Shown here in pieces: positions 1 to 10,000 of a DNA stretch of 64,000 nt. Within the stretch, counting starts at the first letter, position 1; each line of letters opens with the position of its first letter. Location: positions 1-64,000 of IMG/VR virus record IMGVR_UViG_2773858042_000003; one strand, given 5' to 3'. A program made the position numbers and the translations under genes. The notes under the pieces were generated by a model. That model was not told the origin of the DNA. It worked only from the letters and a program-made list of their open reading frames with translations, and did no database searches. The DNA comes from a virus. Lineage: Duplodnaviria > Caudoviricetes.

Positions 1-210
1 TCAAGCTGCCGTGCGAACAAGCTCTCTGGCGGCCTCTTCACTTCCGACGTGTCGACGCCGCTTGAGCACTTCGTTCACCCGGCCGGGGTTCACGTCGAAG
101 CTGGCAGCGATCCTGTTCTGGAATTCTCCCGACCAGTGACGAAGCCAGATCAGAACAGCGTCATTGAAGGTGAGGATGCGGCTTGGCGCGTTGTTGTTTG
201 CAGCCATCAT
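1..210 (-). CDS. Small hypothetical protein, possibly HTH-like
   Basis: 69-aa ORF with AAGGAG RBS; QNRIAASFDVNPGRVNEVL resembles a helix-turn-helix. Confidence 0.5.
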   Translation of the reverse strand: MMAANNNAPSRILTFNDAVLIWLRHWSGEFQNRIAASFDVNPGRVNEVLKRRRHVGSEEAARELVRTAA

Positions 211-322
211 ATTGATCGGGCTCCTTTGGTCCCGAGAATATGGCTGGCGGCTTGACTAAGGCTCCGAACAAACTCATAACGCGTCTTGTGCACAAAACGA
301 ACCGCCAGCCGGTTCATCTAGG

Positions 323-350
323 GGCCGGGGCTGTCACCCCGGCCTTTCGT
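323..350 (+). terminator. Intrinsic terminator-like hairpin
   Basis: GGCCGGGG-CTGTCA-CCCCGGCC followed by TTTCGT. Confidence 0.55.
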
Positions 351-441
351 CTGTCAGCAGCAAAGCCGCTAACTTGTGAGACATGCCCTAGTTGTGCGAT
401 TCGGGCAAGTAGTTGTCCCGACTCATGTTTTTTACTTCAGG

Positions 442-808
442 AACGACGAAAGCCGCCCCGGTCTCCCGGAGCGGCCTCGGTAGCGGAGCTTTGCGAGGCC
501 GGGCGCTACTCCGGCTGGCTGAGAGGGCGATGGAGCCTCAACCTACCCCTCCCGCCCGGTTGCATGCCCACAGAGCCGGAAAATGGGAGCGCAATGTAGC
601 GTGTCTGCTTTCCACGCCGCTCGCAGACGAACTATGAGTCAGTGACCGGCGATCTGCAAGGTGGAAAACGATGGCGCCGAAAATGCGGGATTCTCCCGCA
701 ATTATGTCTCAAATCCCCGCCGTTGCTGGGTTCTAGGTCGGCGCCGAGATCGCGCGCTGAAACGACAAGAGTCGCCCCGGTTTCCCGGAGCGGCCTCGAT
801 AGCGGAGC
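442..808. repeat. 48-bp imperfect direct repeat (442-489, 761-808), each forming a GNRA-capped hairpin on the minus strand
   Basis: AACGACGAAAGCCGCCCCGGTCTCCCGGAGCGGCCTCGGTAGCGGAGC vs AACGACAAGAGTCGCCCCGGTTTCCCGGAGCGGCCTCGATAGCGGAGC. Confidence 0.85.
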
Positions 809-868
809 CGAGGCTCGACGCTGAATGACCCTCGGTCAAACCGATGGCGTCGGTAATGCCGACGGCAC

Positions 869-1177
869 CTAGCCCGGTCGCGGTGGCGTGGTGGGCGGGC
901 GGCGACACTCATCCAGCGCCGCCGTCTTCACCTCGTCCCGCGCGATCCGCTGGACCCGGCCGGCGACCAGCAGAACCGTGCGTGCGAAGATGTCCGGCGC
1001 GGCCGCGATGGCCTCGGCCGTGTCCACGTACGCGGGCTCAGGGCCGATGTCTGGCGAGCAGGCCACGGCGACCGGAACCTTGACCTCTTTGAACACGACG
1101 ACCGGCTCAGGCGCGGGCTTTGCGTTCGTGCCGCAGCTGGCTAGCAGCAGGGCGGAAAGGATCAGGACGCGGTTCAT
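869..1177 (-). CDS. o-spanin (Rz1-like lipoprotein)
   Basis: Lipobox LASC, Pro-rich, last gene of the lysis cassette. Confidence 0.75.
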   Translation of the reverse strand: MNRVLILSALLLASCGTNAKPAPEPVVVFKEVKVPVAVACSPDIGPEPAYVDTAEAIAAAPDIFARTVLLVAGRVQRIARDEVKTAALDECRRPPTTPPRPG

Positions 1178-1611
1178 CGGACTTGCTCCAGAATAAGCCG
1201 GTCGGCCGCCTCGCAGCGGGTTTCGCCGGGTCGGGGTGTTTCGAGCAGAAGGGTCTGCGCCTGTTGCTGAGCGGCGCGGGCGCGGGCCTGGGCAGCATCC
1301 ACGGCGGCCTGTGCCCGAACGGCGGCGGCGTCGCTGGCAGCCTTCAGATCATCGACGGCCTGGTTCTGCCGAGCCAGCGCCGACTGTGCGCCGGCGAGGT
1401 TGGCGCCGCACATGGTCAGGCGGTCTTTGTAGCCGACGTTCGGGGCGTTGATGTCCGACCAGAGGCCGTTCGCCCGCTGCTCTTCGCGGACCATGTCCCG
1501 ATGCGTCACGCCCCACTGGTAGGAGGCTGTGACGGCGAGGGGGATGAACACGACACAGCCGAGGACAGCCGCGACCGTGAGCCGGGAGGGGAACAGGTCG
1601 CGGATGCTCAT
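1174..1611 (-). CDS. i-spanin (Rz-like)
   Basis: N-terminal TM helix then Ala/Gln coiled coil; lies between endolysin and o-spanin. Start taken at MSIRD (overlaps the endolysin stop). Confidence 0.75.
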   Translation of the reverse strand: MSIRDLFPSRLTVAAVLGCVVFIPLAVTASYQWGVTHRDMVREEQRANGLWSDINAPNVGYKDRLTMCGANLAGAQSALARQNQAVDDLKAASDAAAVRAQAAVDAAQARARAAQQQAQTLLLETPRPGETRCEAADRLILEQVR

Positions 1612-2018
1612 CGGATCAGCTCGTAGTGCGGACGATCGATGAAGCCCTTCCAGTCGCCGCCCCACTGGATCTTGACGCCCAGCTCTGCCGCCGCCGCCTT
1701 CATGGCCTTGGCAATGGCCTCGTGTTTCGGGAACTTCACCGGTCCTTCGTAATCGACCGGGTAGGGCGTCAGGTCCACGGCGTGGCCATAGCCGTCGGCG
1801 TGCTTGAAGTGGTTCGACGTCAGCGTCTTCGTGACGATCTTGCCGGGCTTGGTGCGGCCTTGAGCATAGAGTTCGCGCTGACGCTCCGGGGTGCGGACAC
1901 CTTCCGTGACGATGAAGTCCTGAGCGGTGATCTCGATCGCGCGCTTCACGACGCGCACGACGTCGGGATGCACACCGGCGAGCGCGGTCAACGACCGCTG
2001 TGAGAGGCGGAAGGCCAT
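1608..2018 (-). CDS. Endolysin, M15-family (L-Ala-D-Glu-type) peptidase
   Basis: EGVRT..RQ..LYAQGRT, SNH...GHAVD and DRPHYEL motifs. Confidence 0.9.
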   Translation of the reverse strand: MAFRLSQRSLTALAGVHPDVVRVVKRAIEITAQDFIVTEGVRTPERQRELYAQGRTKPGKIVTKTLTSNHFKHADGYGHAVDLTPYPVDYEGPVKFPKHEAIAKAMKAAAAELGVKIQWGGDWKGFIDRPHYELIR

Positions 2019-2140
2019 GGTCAGTCTCCAGATTGTGGGGGATTGGTTTCGCGGTTAAGGCGAAGCCGTCGCGGCTCGTGCCCGAACTGCGTCAGACGGC
2101 CCGGCCGGGCGAGGACATCAACGGCCGGGCCGCTAAGCTG

Positions 2141-2923
2141 TTAGGACTGCTTGAAGCCGTGGACGGTCATGGTCAGGCCCGATCCTGCGCCCTGCCACTT
2201 GCCTGCCCAGCCCTCGGACAGTGAAGGCCAAACCTCGATGTAAGCCTTCATCGGGGAAGTCGGGAACGCACCGCCCTTCGTCTGGGCCGGGGTGACGCGG
2301 TCCAGCTCGACGCCGTCCATTATAAAGATCACCGACTTGCCGGCCTCATACTCGACGGCGATGTGGTGGCGACCATCCTTCACGTTGGCGATGGTCTTGG
2401 ACCAGACCGCGACCCCTTTGGCGTAGACCGTCAGGTGAAGGCCGTTGGTGCCGACCCATTCGAAGTCCAGCTCATCGCGGGTCTCGTTGTTGTAGGTCCA
2501 GAGCGGCGCCTGGATCATGCCGGGCGTCGGAGCGGCGAGGGTGACATCGACCTCCCAGCGGCCCTTGGCGCTGCGGGCCGCGCCGGTCTGCTGGATCTGG
2601 GCGCTGTTCTTCTCGGTCAGGCGCACCTTCAGGTCGGTTCCGTCGAGGAAGACGTTATTGGGGGACCAGCGATAGCCGTTCATCTTCGGCTCGTCCCAGT
2701 CGGACGGTGTCCACGGGTTGCTCCAGGCGTTCGGCGTCAGCGGCCCGGCGATGGGCGGCAGGACCGAGGCCTTGGGAGGCGTGACCACGGGATCGGTCGG
2801 CGTGATTTGGCCTGCCAGCTCGCGGTCGATGGCGTCGATGTCGGCCTGGGCGTTGGCGATATCACCGACGCGATCTGCGCGCTTCAGGCGCAGAGCGCGG
2901 GCTTGGGATTCAGAGAGTGCCAT
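2141..2923 (-). CDS. GH16-family glycoside hydrolase with N-terminal coiled coil
   Basis: Catalytic E-x-D-x-E motif (DELDFEW), beta-sandwich pattern, HIAVEY...FIMDG. Confidence 0.7.
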   Translation of the reverse strand: MALSESQARALRLKRADRVGDIANAQADIDAIDRELAGQITPTDPVVTPPKASVLPPIAGPLTPNAWSNPWTPSDWDEPKMNGYRWSPNNVFLDGTDLKVRLTEKNSAQIQQTGAARSAKGRWEVDVTLAAPTPGMIQAPLWTYNNETRDELDFEWVGTNGLHLTVYAKGVAVWSKTIANVKDGRHHIAVEYEAGKSVIFIMDGVELDRVTPAQTKGGAFPTSPMKAYIEVWPSLSEGWAGKWQGAGSGLTMTVHGFKQS

Positions 2924-2931
2924 GGTTCACC

Positions 2932-3327
2932 TCAGTCCACGGTCACGGTCAGGGCGCCGGTAGCGAACTTGACCAGGTTGGTGGCCTGGATGCTCTGCGA
3001 CGCCGCCAACGCGCCCGAGGCCAAAAGCTGACCGCCCGACGCGGCCGTGAACAGGCCGAAGTGGGAGGCCGTCGCCGCACCGGCCGCCTGACCGAAGTCC
3101 ACGTCGGCGCTGTTGGACATGGAGGTGTTGCCCGTGATCGTGCCGAACGTTGCTGAGACTCGGCCAGCGGCGCGAACCGTGGTCGTCACTTCGGCGCCGC
3201 CCGAGCCTGCGTCGGTCGGATCGCCGTTGAACAAGCCGACATAGACACCGGCCGGGGCGGTCGGCATGGCCGTGCCCTTCAGCCAGTTCAGGATTGCGTT
3301 CTGGGTATAGGTGCTCAGTCCGCTCAT
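2932..3327 (-). CDS. Small virion structural / tail-fibre-associated protein
   Basis: YVGLFNGDP..G..G.EV, SHFGLFTAASGGQLL pattern typical of a widespread phage minor tail family. Confidence 0.7.
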   Translation of the reverse strand: MSGLSTYTQNAILNWLKGTAMPTAPAGVYVGLFNGDPTDAGSGGAEVTTTVRAAGRVSATFGTITGNTSMSNSADVDFGQAAGAATASHFGLFTAASGGQLLASGALAASQSIQATNLVKFATGALTVTVD

Positions 3328-3357
3328 GGCGGGTCTCCTTTCAGGTTGAAGCGAGGA

Positions 3358-3390
3358 TGTTCCCCGTCGCCCAGAAGGCGACGGGGAACA
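3358..3390. terminator. 14-bp perfect inverted repeat (terminator-like hairpin)
   Basis: TGTTCCCCGTCGCC-CAGAA-GGCGACGGGGAACA, intergenic. Confidence 0.55.
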
Positions 3391-3432
3391 GGATGAGGGC
3401 GACGACGCGCGCGGCGATGATCTGGCGGCGGG

Positions 3433-5583
3433 TCACGCTGCCAGCGCCGCCTGAATTACGGGCAGCGCAATGCTCGCCATCGTTTGGTAACCCGCGCTAG
3501 TCGGGTGAATGCCGTCTGAGGTGGGATAAACCGTGTCGCCGTAGTCGATTAGCGAGTAGCCCAGGCCCGCCGCGTTGTCGCGCAGAAGCTGGTTGAAGGC
3601 TTTGCGTTCGATCTCTTGGGCGGCGGTGTAGGTGCTGCGTGCGATCACGGTTTCGATCACCGGGAAGAAACCGCCTGCCTTCGCGTTTGCGACGTTCAGC
3701 CGAGTTCCAGTCGTGTTATCTGACCCAAACAGCGTTGCGGCGGTCACATTTGCCGCGAAGTCGTTTGAACCCCAGTTCTGCATCCAGATCTGTTTGCGGC
3801 CAGCGATCCGGCGAGCGGTGAAGAAGGCGCTGTCACGGATGGTTTGTCGCGATCCTGGCTTCCCGGCGTTTATGATGTGGACTGACGAGGGCAAGGAGGC
3901 CTGCAGATAGCCCCATTTCGTCATGTTATCCGTCGAACTCCAGCCACGCTGGATGCTGTCGCCGTCCGCAAGAATGGAAGATGCGCGCGCCGGGATGGCG
4001 AAGATAGCCGTCAAACGGGCAGCAATGGCCGCCTCGTCAGCGTCGGACAGGGTGCGCTTATAGGCCACCATAGCGATATGATGCTTGCTGGACGCAGGTT
4101 GCCAGCCAAGGCCCATGGTGACGCCGGTCGCGCTTGCTGACGTGACTGTGGCGGCTAGAGTCTGGCGCTGGTCGTCAGCGCGAATTTTGATCGACGTAGG
4201 GGCCAGAACGGACGAACAAACGGTTGGCCTCACGCCCATGTACACCGAGCTTCGCACGAAGCCGACTGTATTCGTCAGAACGCCCCGGCCCGTGTCCTCA
4301 CTGAGAGGCGCCATCCCAGCACTCCAAGATGGCCCTAGCTGCGCCGTCGTCTCAGAGTTTGCTCCCGTCATAGATCCGGCCAGAACCTCAAAGAGCGAGA
4401 AGGCGCTGCGGTCATAGCTTGCGCTGGCGCCGGTGTAGGACTTGCTGGCGTCGTTGAAGGCGTGGAAGGGGAAAGCCGGGAAGGTGCTAATCCGGGCCAT
4501 CCGGGCTGAAGCCGTTGCTGCGACCTGATCGGCGCACAATCCGGTTTGATCGTGCCACTTCCAAATGTGATAGGTTGACCCGAAGGCGGCTATGGCAGCG
4601 GTTTCGTCAGCCTTGCCGTCCGCCCCCGCGAAGATCTGGACTGTGGTCGTTGGCGTGTCTGGCGCATTGGTCGCGCACGCCGTCGCCAGCGGGCCGCTGT
4701 AGCCTGAGACCAGCTTCGCCCCGCCAAAGGCGAAGGCCATGTCGGGGTCGGCGGCCAAGGTCTGATAGGCGACGAGAGTGAGCGAACCAGAGACGACCGA
4801 TGACCCGGCCGCAGTGCCGGCCAGAGCGACTTGCCTCACGATGGTCATGGCGCCCGTCAACGACGAGACCGAAACGGCCGAGCCGACGAGGGCGATGCTG
4901 CTGGCCGCGCCGACGGTCAACGATCCCGTCGCCGATGACACGCTGCTGATCGCACCGGACAGAAGCACCTGGCCGGCGGCCGCCACCGAAAGCGCGCCGG
5001 TCGCCACGCTGCTGATGACGACGTTGCCGATCAGGTCGCGGAGGATGGGTGAAGGCGTTCCGCCGTTCTGCGCCAGCCACAACAGGGCATCCGCCAGGGT
5101 TTCCGCGCCGCCTAGGGCTGCCGAGAGGTCGGGCGGGAGGATGATGGCCGAAGGGTTTGTGGTGCCGCTGGGGGCCACGCTGACGACCTGAACAACGCCC
5201 GATCCCGCGATGACGACGCCGGGCGCCGTGGGCGGCTGGGCCGCGCCGACGATGTCCGATCCGTTCGCGCCCGCGCCCTTGGCCACGGCGATGCGGCCGA
5301 CCACGACTGACGCGCCGTCGAGCCGAACCTCTAGGGAATAGTCGCCCTTGATCCAGGCTGATGTGTCCGCGACCGTAAATAGCACGCGGCCGTCGGTCTG
5401 AATGACGCCGGTGATCTCGTGATGGGCGTCGGGCAGGCCCTGCCGGTCGAGGAACAGGACGACAGCCCGGCCGGCCAGGTCCATAGGCGTGGACGCGTCG
5501 CCGTCGAAGAACTGGAAGGGCTGGGCGAACGGCGACCCGATATAGGCGGGATCAAGGACGCGCTTCAGGGCGGCGGGCGACAT
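3433..5583 (-). CDS. Modular virion protein: baseplate-anchor-like N-terminus, Gly/Ser/Ala repeats, ConA/LamG-like domain, C-terminal SGNH esterase
   Basis: SGNH blocks GDS, NAGKPG, WGSND, DGIHP all present; repeated L.G...S.S...G.L.V units. Confidence 0.75.
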   Translation of the reverse strand: MSPAALKRVLDPAYIGSPFAQPFQFFDGDASTPMDLAGRAVVLFLDRQGLPDAHHEITGVIQTDGRVLFTVADTSAWIKGDYSLEVRLDGASVVVGRIAVAKGAGANGSDIVGAAQPPTAPGVVIAGSGVVQVVSVAPSGTTNPSAIILPPDLSAALGGAETLADALLWLAQNGGTPSPILRDLIGNVVISSVATGALSVAAAGQVLLSGAISSVSSATGSLTVGAASSIALVGSAVSVSSLTGAMTIVRQVALAGTAAGSSVVSGSLTLVAYQTLAADPDMAFAFGGAKLVSGYSGPLATACATNAPDTPTTTVQIFAGADGKADETAAIAAFGSTYHIWKWHDQTGLCADQVAATASARMARISTFPAFPFHAFNDASKSYTGASASYDRSAFSLFEVLAGSMTGANSETTAQLGPSWSAGMAPLSEDTGRGVLTNTVGFVRSSVYMGVRPTVCSSVLAPTSIKIRADDQRQTLAATVTSASATGVTMGLGWQPASSKHHIAMVAYKRTLSDADEAAIAARLTAIFAIPARASSILADGDSIQRGWSSTDNMTKWGYLQASLPSSVHIINAGKPGSRQTIRDSAFFTARRIAGRKQIWMQNWGSNDFAANVTAATLFGSDNTTGTRLNVANAKAGGFFPVIETVIARSTYTAAQEIERKAFNQLLRDNAAGLGYSLIDYGDTVYPTSDGIHPTSAGYQTMASIALPVIQAALAA

Positions 5584-5646
5584 GGCGTCTCCGTTGGGCA
5601 GATCAGGTTTCGTGGCGGGGCGAACGGCGTTCGCGAACCGGGTTCG

Positions 5647-6120
5647 TCAGTCCCCGGGCGGCGGGGCAGGCGGGACCGGGTCGATGCGGATCAGCCGGTC
5701 ATAATCGGGCGCAGGTTCCGCGAAGCCCGAGACCACCTTCTCCAGAGAGCGCTCCACGACCGGCGGCACCGTCTCCGCCACCGCTTCCTTCATGTCCTGA
5801 ACGTCGGCGGCCCGTGTCTCCGCCCGGCGCACCTCCAGCACCTCGCGCCCATCGTGGACGAACATGCTGATCAGCATGGCGGTCGAGGTGACGGCGGCGA
5901 ACACGAAGAACCAGGCGACCGCATCCGGCACGTGCGCGCCGCCGTAGATTTCGAGGATGACGAACACCGTCACAAGCGCCACGACATCCATCAGTCGTCG
6001 CACGATCCAGTTGCTGGCGTAGGAACTGCGAACGCGGGGCGAAACCAAATCCGCTCGGGCGAGAACGGTCAGCCCGACCACACCAGCGGCGATGACGGTG
6101 ACGATATCGACAGGGGTCAT
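5647..6120 (-). CDS. Membrane protein, holin/antiholin candidate
   Basis: Three hydrophobic helices then a charged tail; start MTPVDIV overlaps the upstream stop. Confidence 0.5.
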   Translation of the reverse strand: MTPVDIVTVIAAGVVGLTVLARADLVSPRVRSSYASNWIVRRLMDVVALVTVFVILEIYGGAHVPDAVAWFFVFAAVTSTAMLISMFVHDGREVLEVRRAETRAADVQDMKEAVAETVPPVVERSLEKVVSGFAEPAPDYDRLIRIDPVPPAPPPGD

Positions 6121-6596
6121 GGGTTCGCCCTCGTGCCGCCCAACCAGCGCAGGGCCAGATCGCGAAGGGTGGCGGGGTTGGACAGCAGTTTGACGGCCCC
6201 AAACAGACCGGGAGCGAAGCGCCATGCCCCCATGCCGATCCCGAAGCCGATGGCTCTCAGGTCGGACGGGTTGATGTCAGGCGCCAGTCGCAGGGCGACG
6301 GGTGCGGCCCAGAACCGGGCGACCAGCGCGCCGACGACGACGGCGAACACGCCCTCGATCACCGCGCGCATGATCTCGCGCGAAGTCGCCGGTTCGGACC
6401 CCAGCGAGACCACGCCGACGTGCACCAGGGCGGACACGATGCCGCCCGCCGCGCCCGCGAGGAAAATCCAGTCCGGGTCGATCCGGTCCGCCCCGATGAC
6501 GCCGGCATAGGCCGCCGCGCTCAGGATCAGGTTCAGCAGCGCGCCGATCCCGAACACGGTGAAGGGTTCCGCCACCCAGCGGATGAAACGAGCCAT
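6117..6596 (-). CDS. Membrane protein, holin candidate
   Basis: About four TM segments; GGAG RBS. Confidence 0.55.
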   Translation of the reverse strand: MARFIRWVAEPFTVFGIGALLNLILSAAAYAGVIGADRIDPDWIFLAGAAGGIVSALVHVGVVSLGSEPATSREIMRAVIEGVFAVVVGALVARFWAAPVALRLAPDINPSDLRAIGFGIGMGAWRFAPGLFGAVKLLSNPATLRDLALRWLGGTRANP

Positions 6597-6651
6597 GGAG
6601 GTCTCCGAATGTCAGGCCGTAGTAGAACAGCCGTTGGGCGGCTTGGTGAGG

Positions 6652-7023
6652 TCAGGCCTCGGCTTCGGGCGCAGCGGGCGGGACAGCCGGCGCGGGCTGA
6701 AGCGCAGCAATCCGCGCCTGCGCATCCCGCTGGGCGCCCTCGAATGAGTTGAGAATGCGCTGAAGCATCTGCTTCGTGCCTTCCGACGCTTGCTGTCCCA
6801 GCGCGCGGGGCAGATCGTCGACGTTGGCGGCGACGGCTTCGGTCAAGGCGGACATGGCCGCCGCCATTGCATTGCCGTTCAGCACCTCCAGCGCCCGGAC
6901 GGCGCTGGGCAGGCGCGAGGCCTTGGCCTCCTCGGTCGCGGCGATCATCGCCGCCTGCGCCGCCGCCAGGCGCTCGGCCTCTTGGGCAGCCCGTTCGGTA
7001 TCGGTCTTCTCAGGTCCGGCCAT
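6652..7023 (-). CDS. Hypothetical protein downstream of the tail tip gene
   Basis: Helical 123-aa ORF with GGAGG RBS. Confidence 0.6.
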   Translation of the reverse strand: MAGPEKTDTERAAQEAERLAAAQAAMIAATEEAKASRLPSAVRALEVLNGNAMAAAMSALTEAVAANVDDLPRALGQQASEGTKQMLQRILNSFEGAQRDAQARIAALQPAPAVPPAAPEAEA

Positions 7024-7051
7024 GCCGTCCTCCTCTGGTGTTTAAATGGGA

Positions 7052-10000
7052 TCAGGCCGCGCCGCTGGTGAAGACCACAGGCACGATCACCTGGCGGCGC
7101 TCACCGGACCCGGCGTCGGTCAGAGTGGCCTGGAACACCGTATCGGTGCGCTCTTGGGCGCTGACCGTCTTGGTGAAGGTGGTGGTCAACTCGTTGGGAG
7201 CATCGATCACCGCCGTGCCGGCCGCCGTCACGCCGCCGATCAGCCGTTCCCATGTGACCGACACCGCCCCCTTGGCGTTCTGGTAAAGGATGGAGACAGC
7301 AGCCGAGGTCAGGCTTCCGGCGTCGGACCTGTGCGCCTCGATAGAACCCGGCGACGCATAGGCCGAGAAGGTTCGCGGGTTCAGCGTGTTGGTGAAGTTG
7401 TAGGGCGCGGTCGTCATCCGGCCGCTGTAGCCATTGTCCGGCGTCATGGCGCCAAGGGCGATGCCCGTCGGTCCCCACCATTCCCGAAGGTTGCTGAACG
7501 CTCCGAACGGCGCGCCCTCTGCACGGATATAGACCGTCGATCCGTCGATGGTCTGCCAGGTGTTCGTGGCGTCATCGAAGACGGTGTTGTCCCCGAGGTA
7601 GAGTTGCTCGGCGCTGAAGGCGAGGGCGCTGACGCCAAGCCCCGAATACGCCTCGATGATGGCCGGACGGCTTCCCGATGCTTCAGCCTTGATGCGCCAC
7701 AGGGCGATGTTCTGCTGGTTTTCCAGATCGATGATCGCGAGGGACTGTTGGGTGACGGACGCGCTCATCTCGACATCCGAAGCGTCGTCCGACCAGAGCG
7801 TGCAAACCGGCCCTTGCTCCAGCTTGACCCGTTTCCACCCGACCGAGCCGCCGGACGTAAATGCCCCGTCATCGACATCGATCTGCAGATCGTAGGAAAC
7901 CGTTTCGGCGGGAGCGATGACGTTTTCAGTCCGGCGCAAGACGTATCCGCCCGCGAAAGCATCGTAGAATGCCGTGGCGACGATATAGCCCGTCACGCCG
8001 CCACCGGCGTTTCTGAACACGCCAACGGCGCGAACCTGACCACTGGTCATGCCGAAACCGCCCAGCTCAGCCTGAAGCGAATAGGGGAAGCCCGCCTTTG
8101 CAGGGCGTGATGCCCAGCGCGCGCCGAACGACAGGCCAGACCCGCCGCCCGCGTCAGCCGCCCATTGCGGCCCATCAGGTGCTGCCGGATAGGCGACAAC
8201 GGTGCGCGATCCGAAGTTGGTCAGCCCCTGCATGCCCTGTGCGGCCGTTGAGTTCACAACCAGGTTAGGCCGGATCGCCTGACGCGCTGTCACTTGCTGG
8301 ATCGCCTGCGCCCGCGCGGCCGTTTCCGTCGAGACAGCGTTCTCGAGATCGATGATGTCGGCTTCGGTATTCGCCGTGCGGGCCTGGACCAGCGAAATGG
8401 CCTGAGCGTTGGACGTGTCGCCGTCGATCCGCAATTGGTTCACCTGCACGATGCGGCTGTTCAGGCTGGGCTGCCCGCCCCGCGCCGCCACGATCTCTGT
8501 CCCTTGGGCGTCGATGTCGGTCCGCGCTTGGGTCAGCAGTCCGTCGATGTCGAAGATGTCGCCGAAGGCCGCCTCGATGTCCGACTTGATCTGCGACAGG
8601 CCGGGGGCGGTCGGCGACACGTCGCCCGCGACCAGCTGGCTCGCCGTGATTGGTCCTTGGATCAAACGGTCGCTGATTGCGCCGTTTTTGGCGACATACC
8701 GGACTGAAACCCAATATTGCTGCCCAGGCTGAAGACCCGGCGAAGGGTATCGACCGTCGAGAAGCGGCGTGCCGGAATAGACGGTCGACCAAGGGCCGGT
8801 TGCTGATGGCCCTGTCTCGACGATGATGGAAGCCGCATCGCCGACTTCGGTCTTGCCGATCACGATGACGATAGGCTGGGTGGTTCCACCGGAGGGCGGC
8901 TGAGGAACGACACTCCAATCGTCCGCAACTGGCGGGGCTATGTATCGCGGATCTACCGCTGACAACGACGGCGAGGGCGGTGCCTGCCCCGTTTGACCGA
9001 GGGCGAAGGCATGTTTGGCGTCGGTTTCCGACCGAAGCTCAAGCGTGACACCGGCCGACTTGTAATCAACCGTCGTCCGCATCACGACGAACTTCTGGTT
9101 CGCCAATGCAAGTTCAGGGACATCAACGGTGATGCAGTCGCCCGCGTGGACGCTCATCAGGTGGACTTTTGACGGCAGGGTCGCCGTCAGGCCCTCCCGA
9201 AGGTTCACCAGATCGTAGGCGGCAAGCTGTCCCGCTTGGCGCGCGTCGCGCACGTGCACGTACTCGACCTCGGTTGATCGCTGCTCGCCGCGATCTTCGG
9301 TCCTGTAGGTTGAGGCCGTGACTTCGCCGGCCGCCACATATTCCCAGCCGTTCGGCTGCGAACGATAGCGGGGGATGATCGTGTTCTTGCGATCCCGGCG
9401 CGGCGTCAGCGGCTTGATCTGAGCCTGCCCGACCAAATCGGATTTTGTGTAGGTGTAGGTCGAGACGCGAGGCGCATTCACCAGCACAGAGATTTGGGCG
9501 CCGCGATTGATCGGCTGTCCGCCACCGGCCTGAAGCATGGCGACCAGCGTCTGCCACTTGCCGTCTGAAGTCGACCATTCCCCTGAGATCGTCCAACCGT
9601 TGGCGTCGGCGATGTTGGCGCCCTCAACGAAGGCAGGGATGTCGATCGCGCTGTCGGGCGCTCCCACACCGGCGATGCGCTTGGTCTTGTCGATCGAGCC
9701 GTCGGTGTTCAGCTTGTAGTGGCCGCGCACCCAGGCAAGAGCGTGGTCGTAGGGGTTCTCGGACCAGCCCCAGGTCCGCCAATCGTCTCGACGCTGCGGC
9801 CCGCTGCCGCCCGGATAGGTGCTGTCGTAACGCGGTTGCCAAAGCCGCATGCCGTTCAGGATCCAGCGAGGGTCCGGCACGCCGTTGGTGAAGATATCTC
9901 GGTCTTCCGGGTTCTTCGCTAGGACCATCGTCCAGAAGGCGAAGGCGGTCTGTGGCGCCGCGTTCTGTAGTCCCCAGCCCGTCAGGCCTGGGGTTCCATA

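Noticed and set aside
1-860. tRNA-Lys fragment as a conventional att duplication at the left end
   Set aside because: I found no match to either half of the tRNA here; one could lie beyond the window.
413-908. Short ORFs 240..599, 413..637, 642..824, 702..908
   Set aside because: Low-complexity translations across hairpin repeats, with no RBS or motifs.
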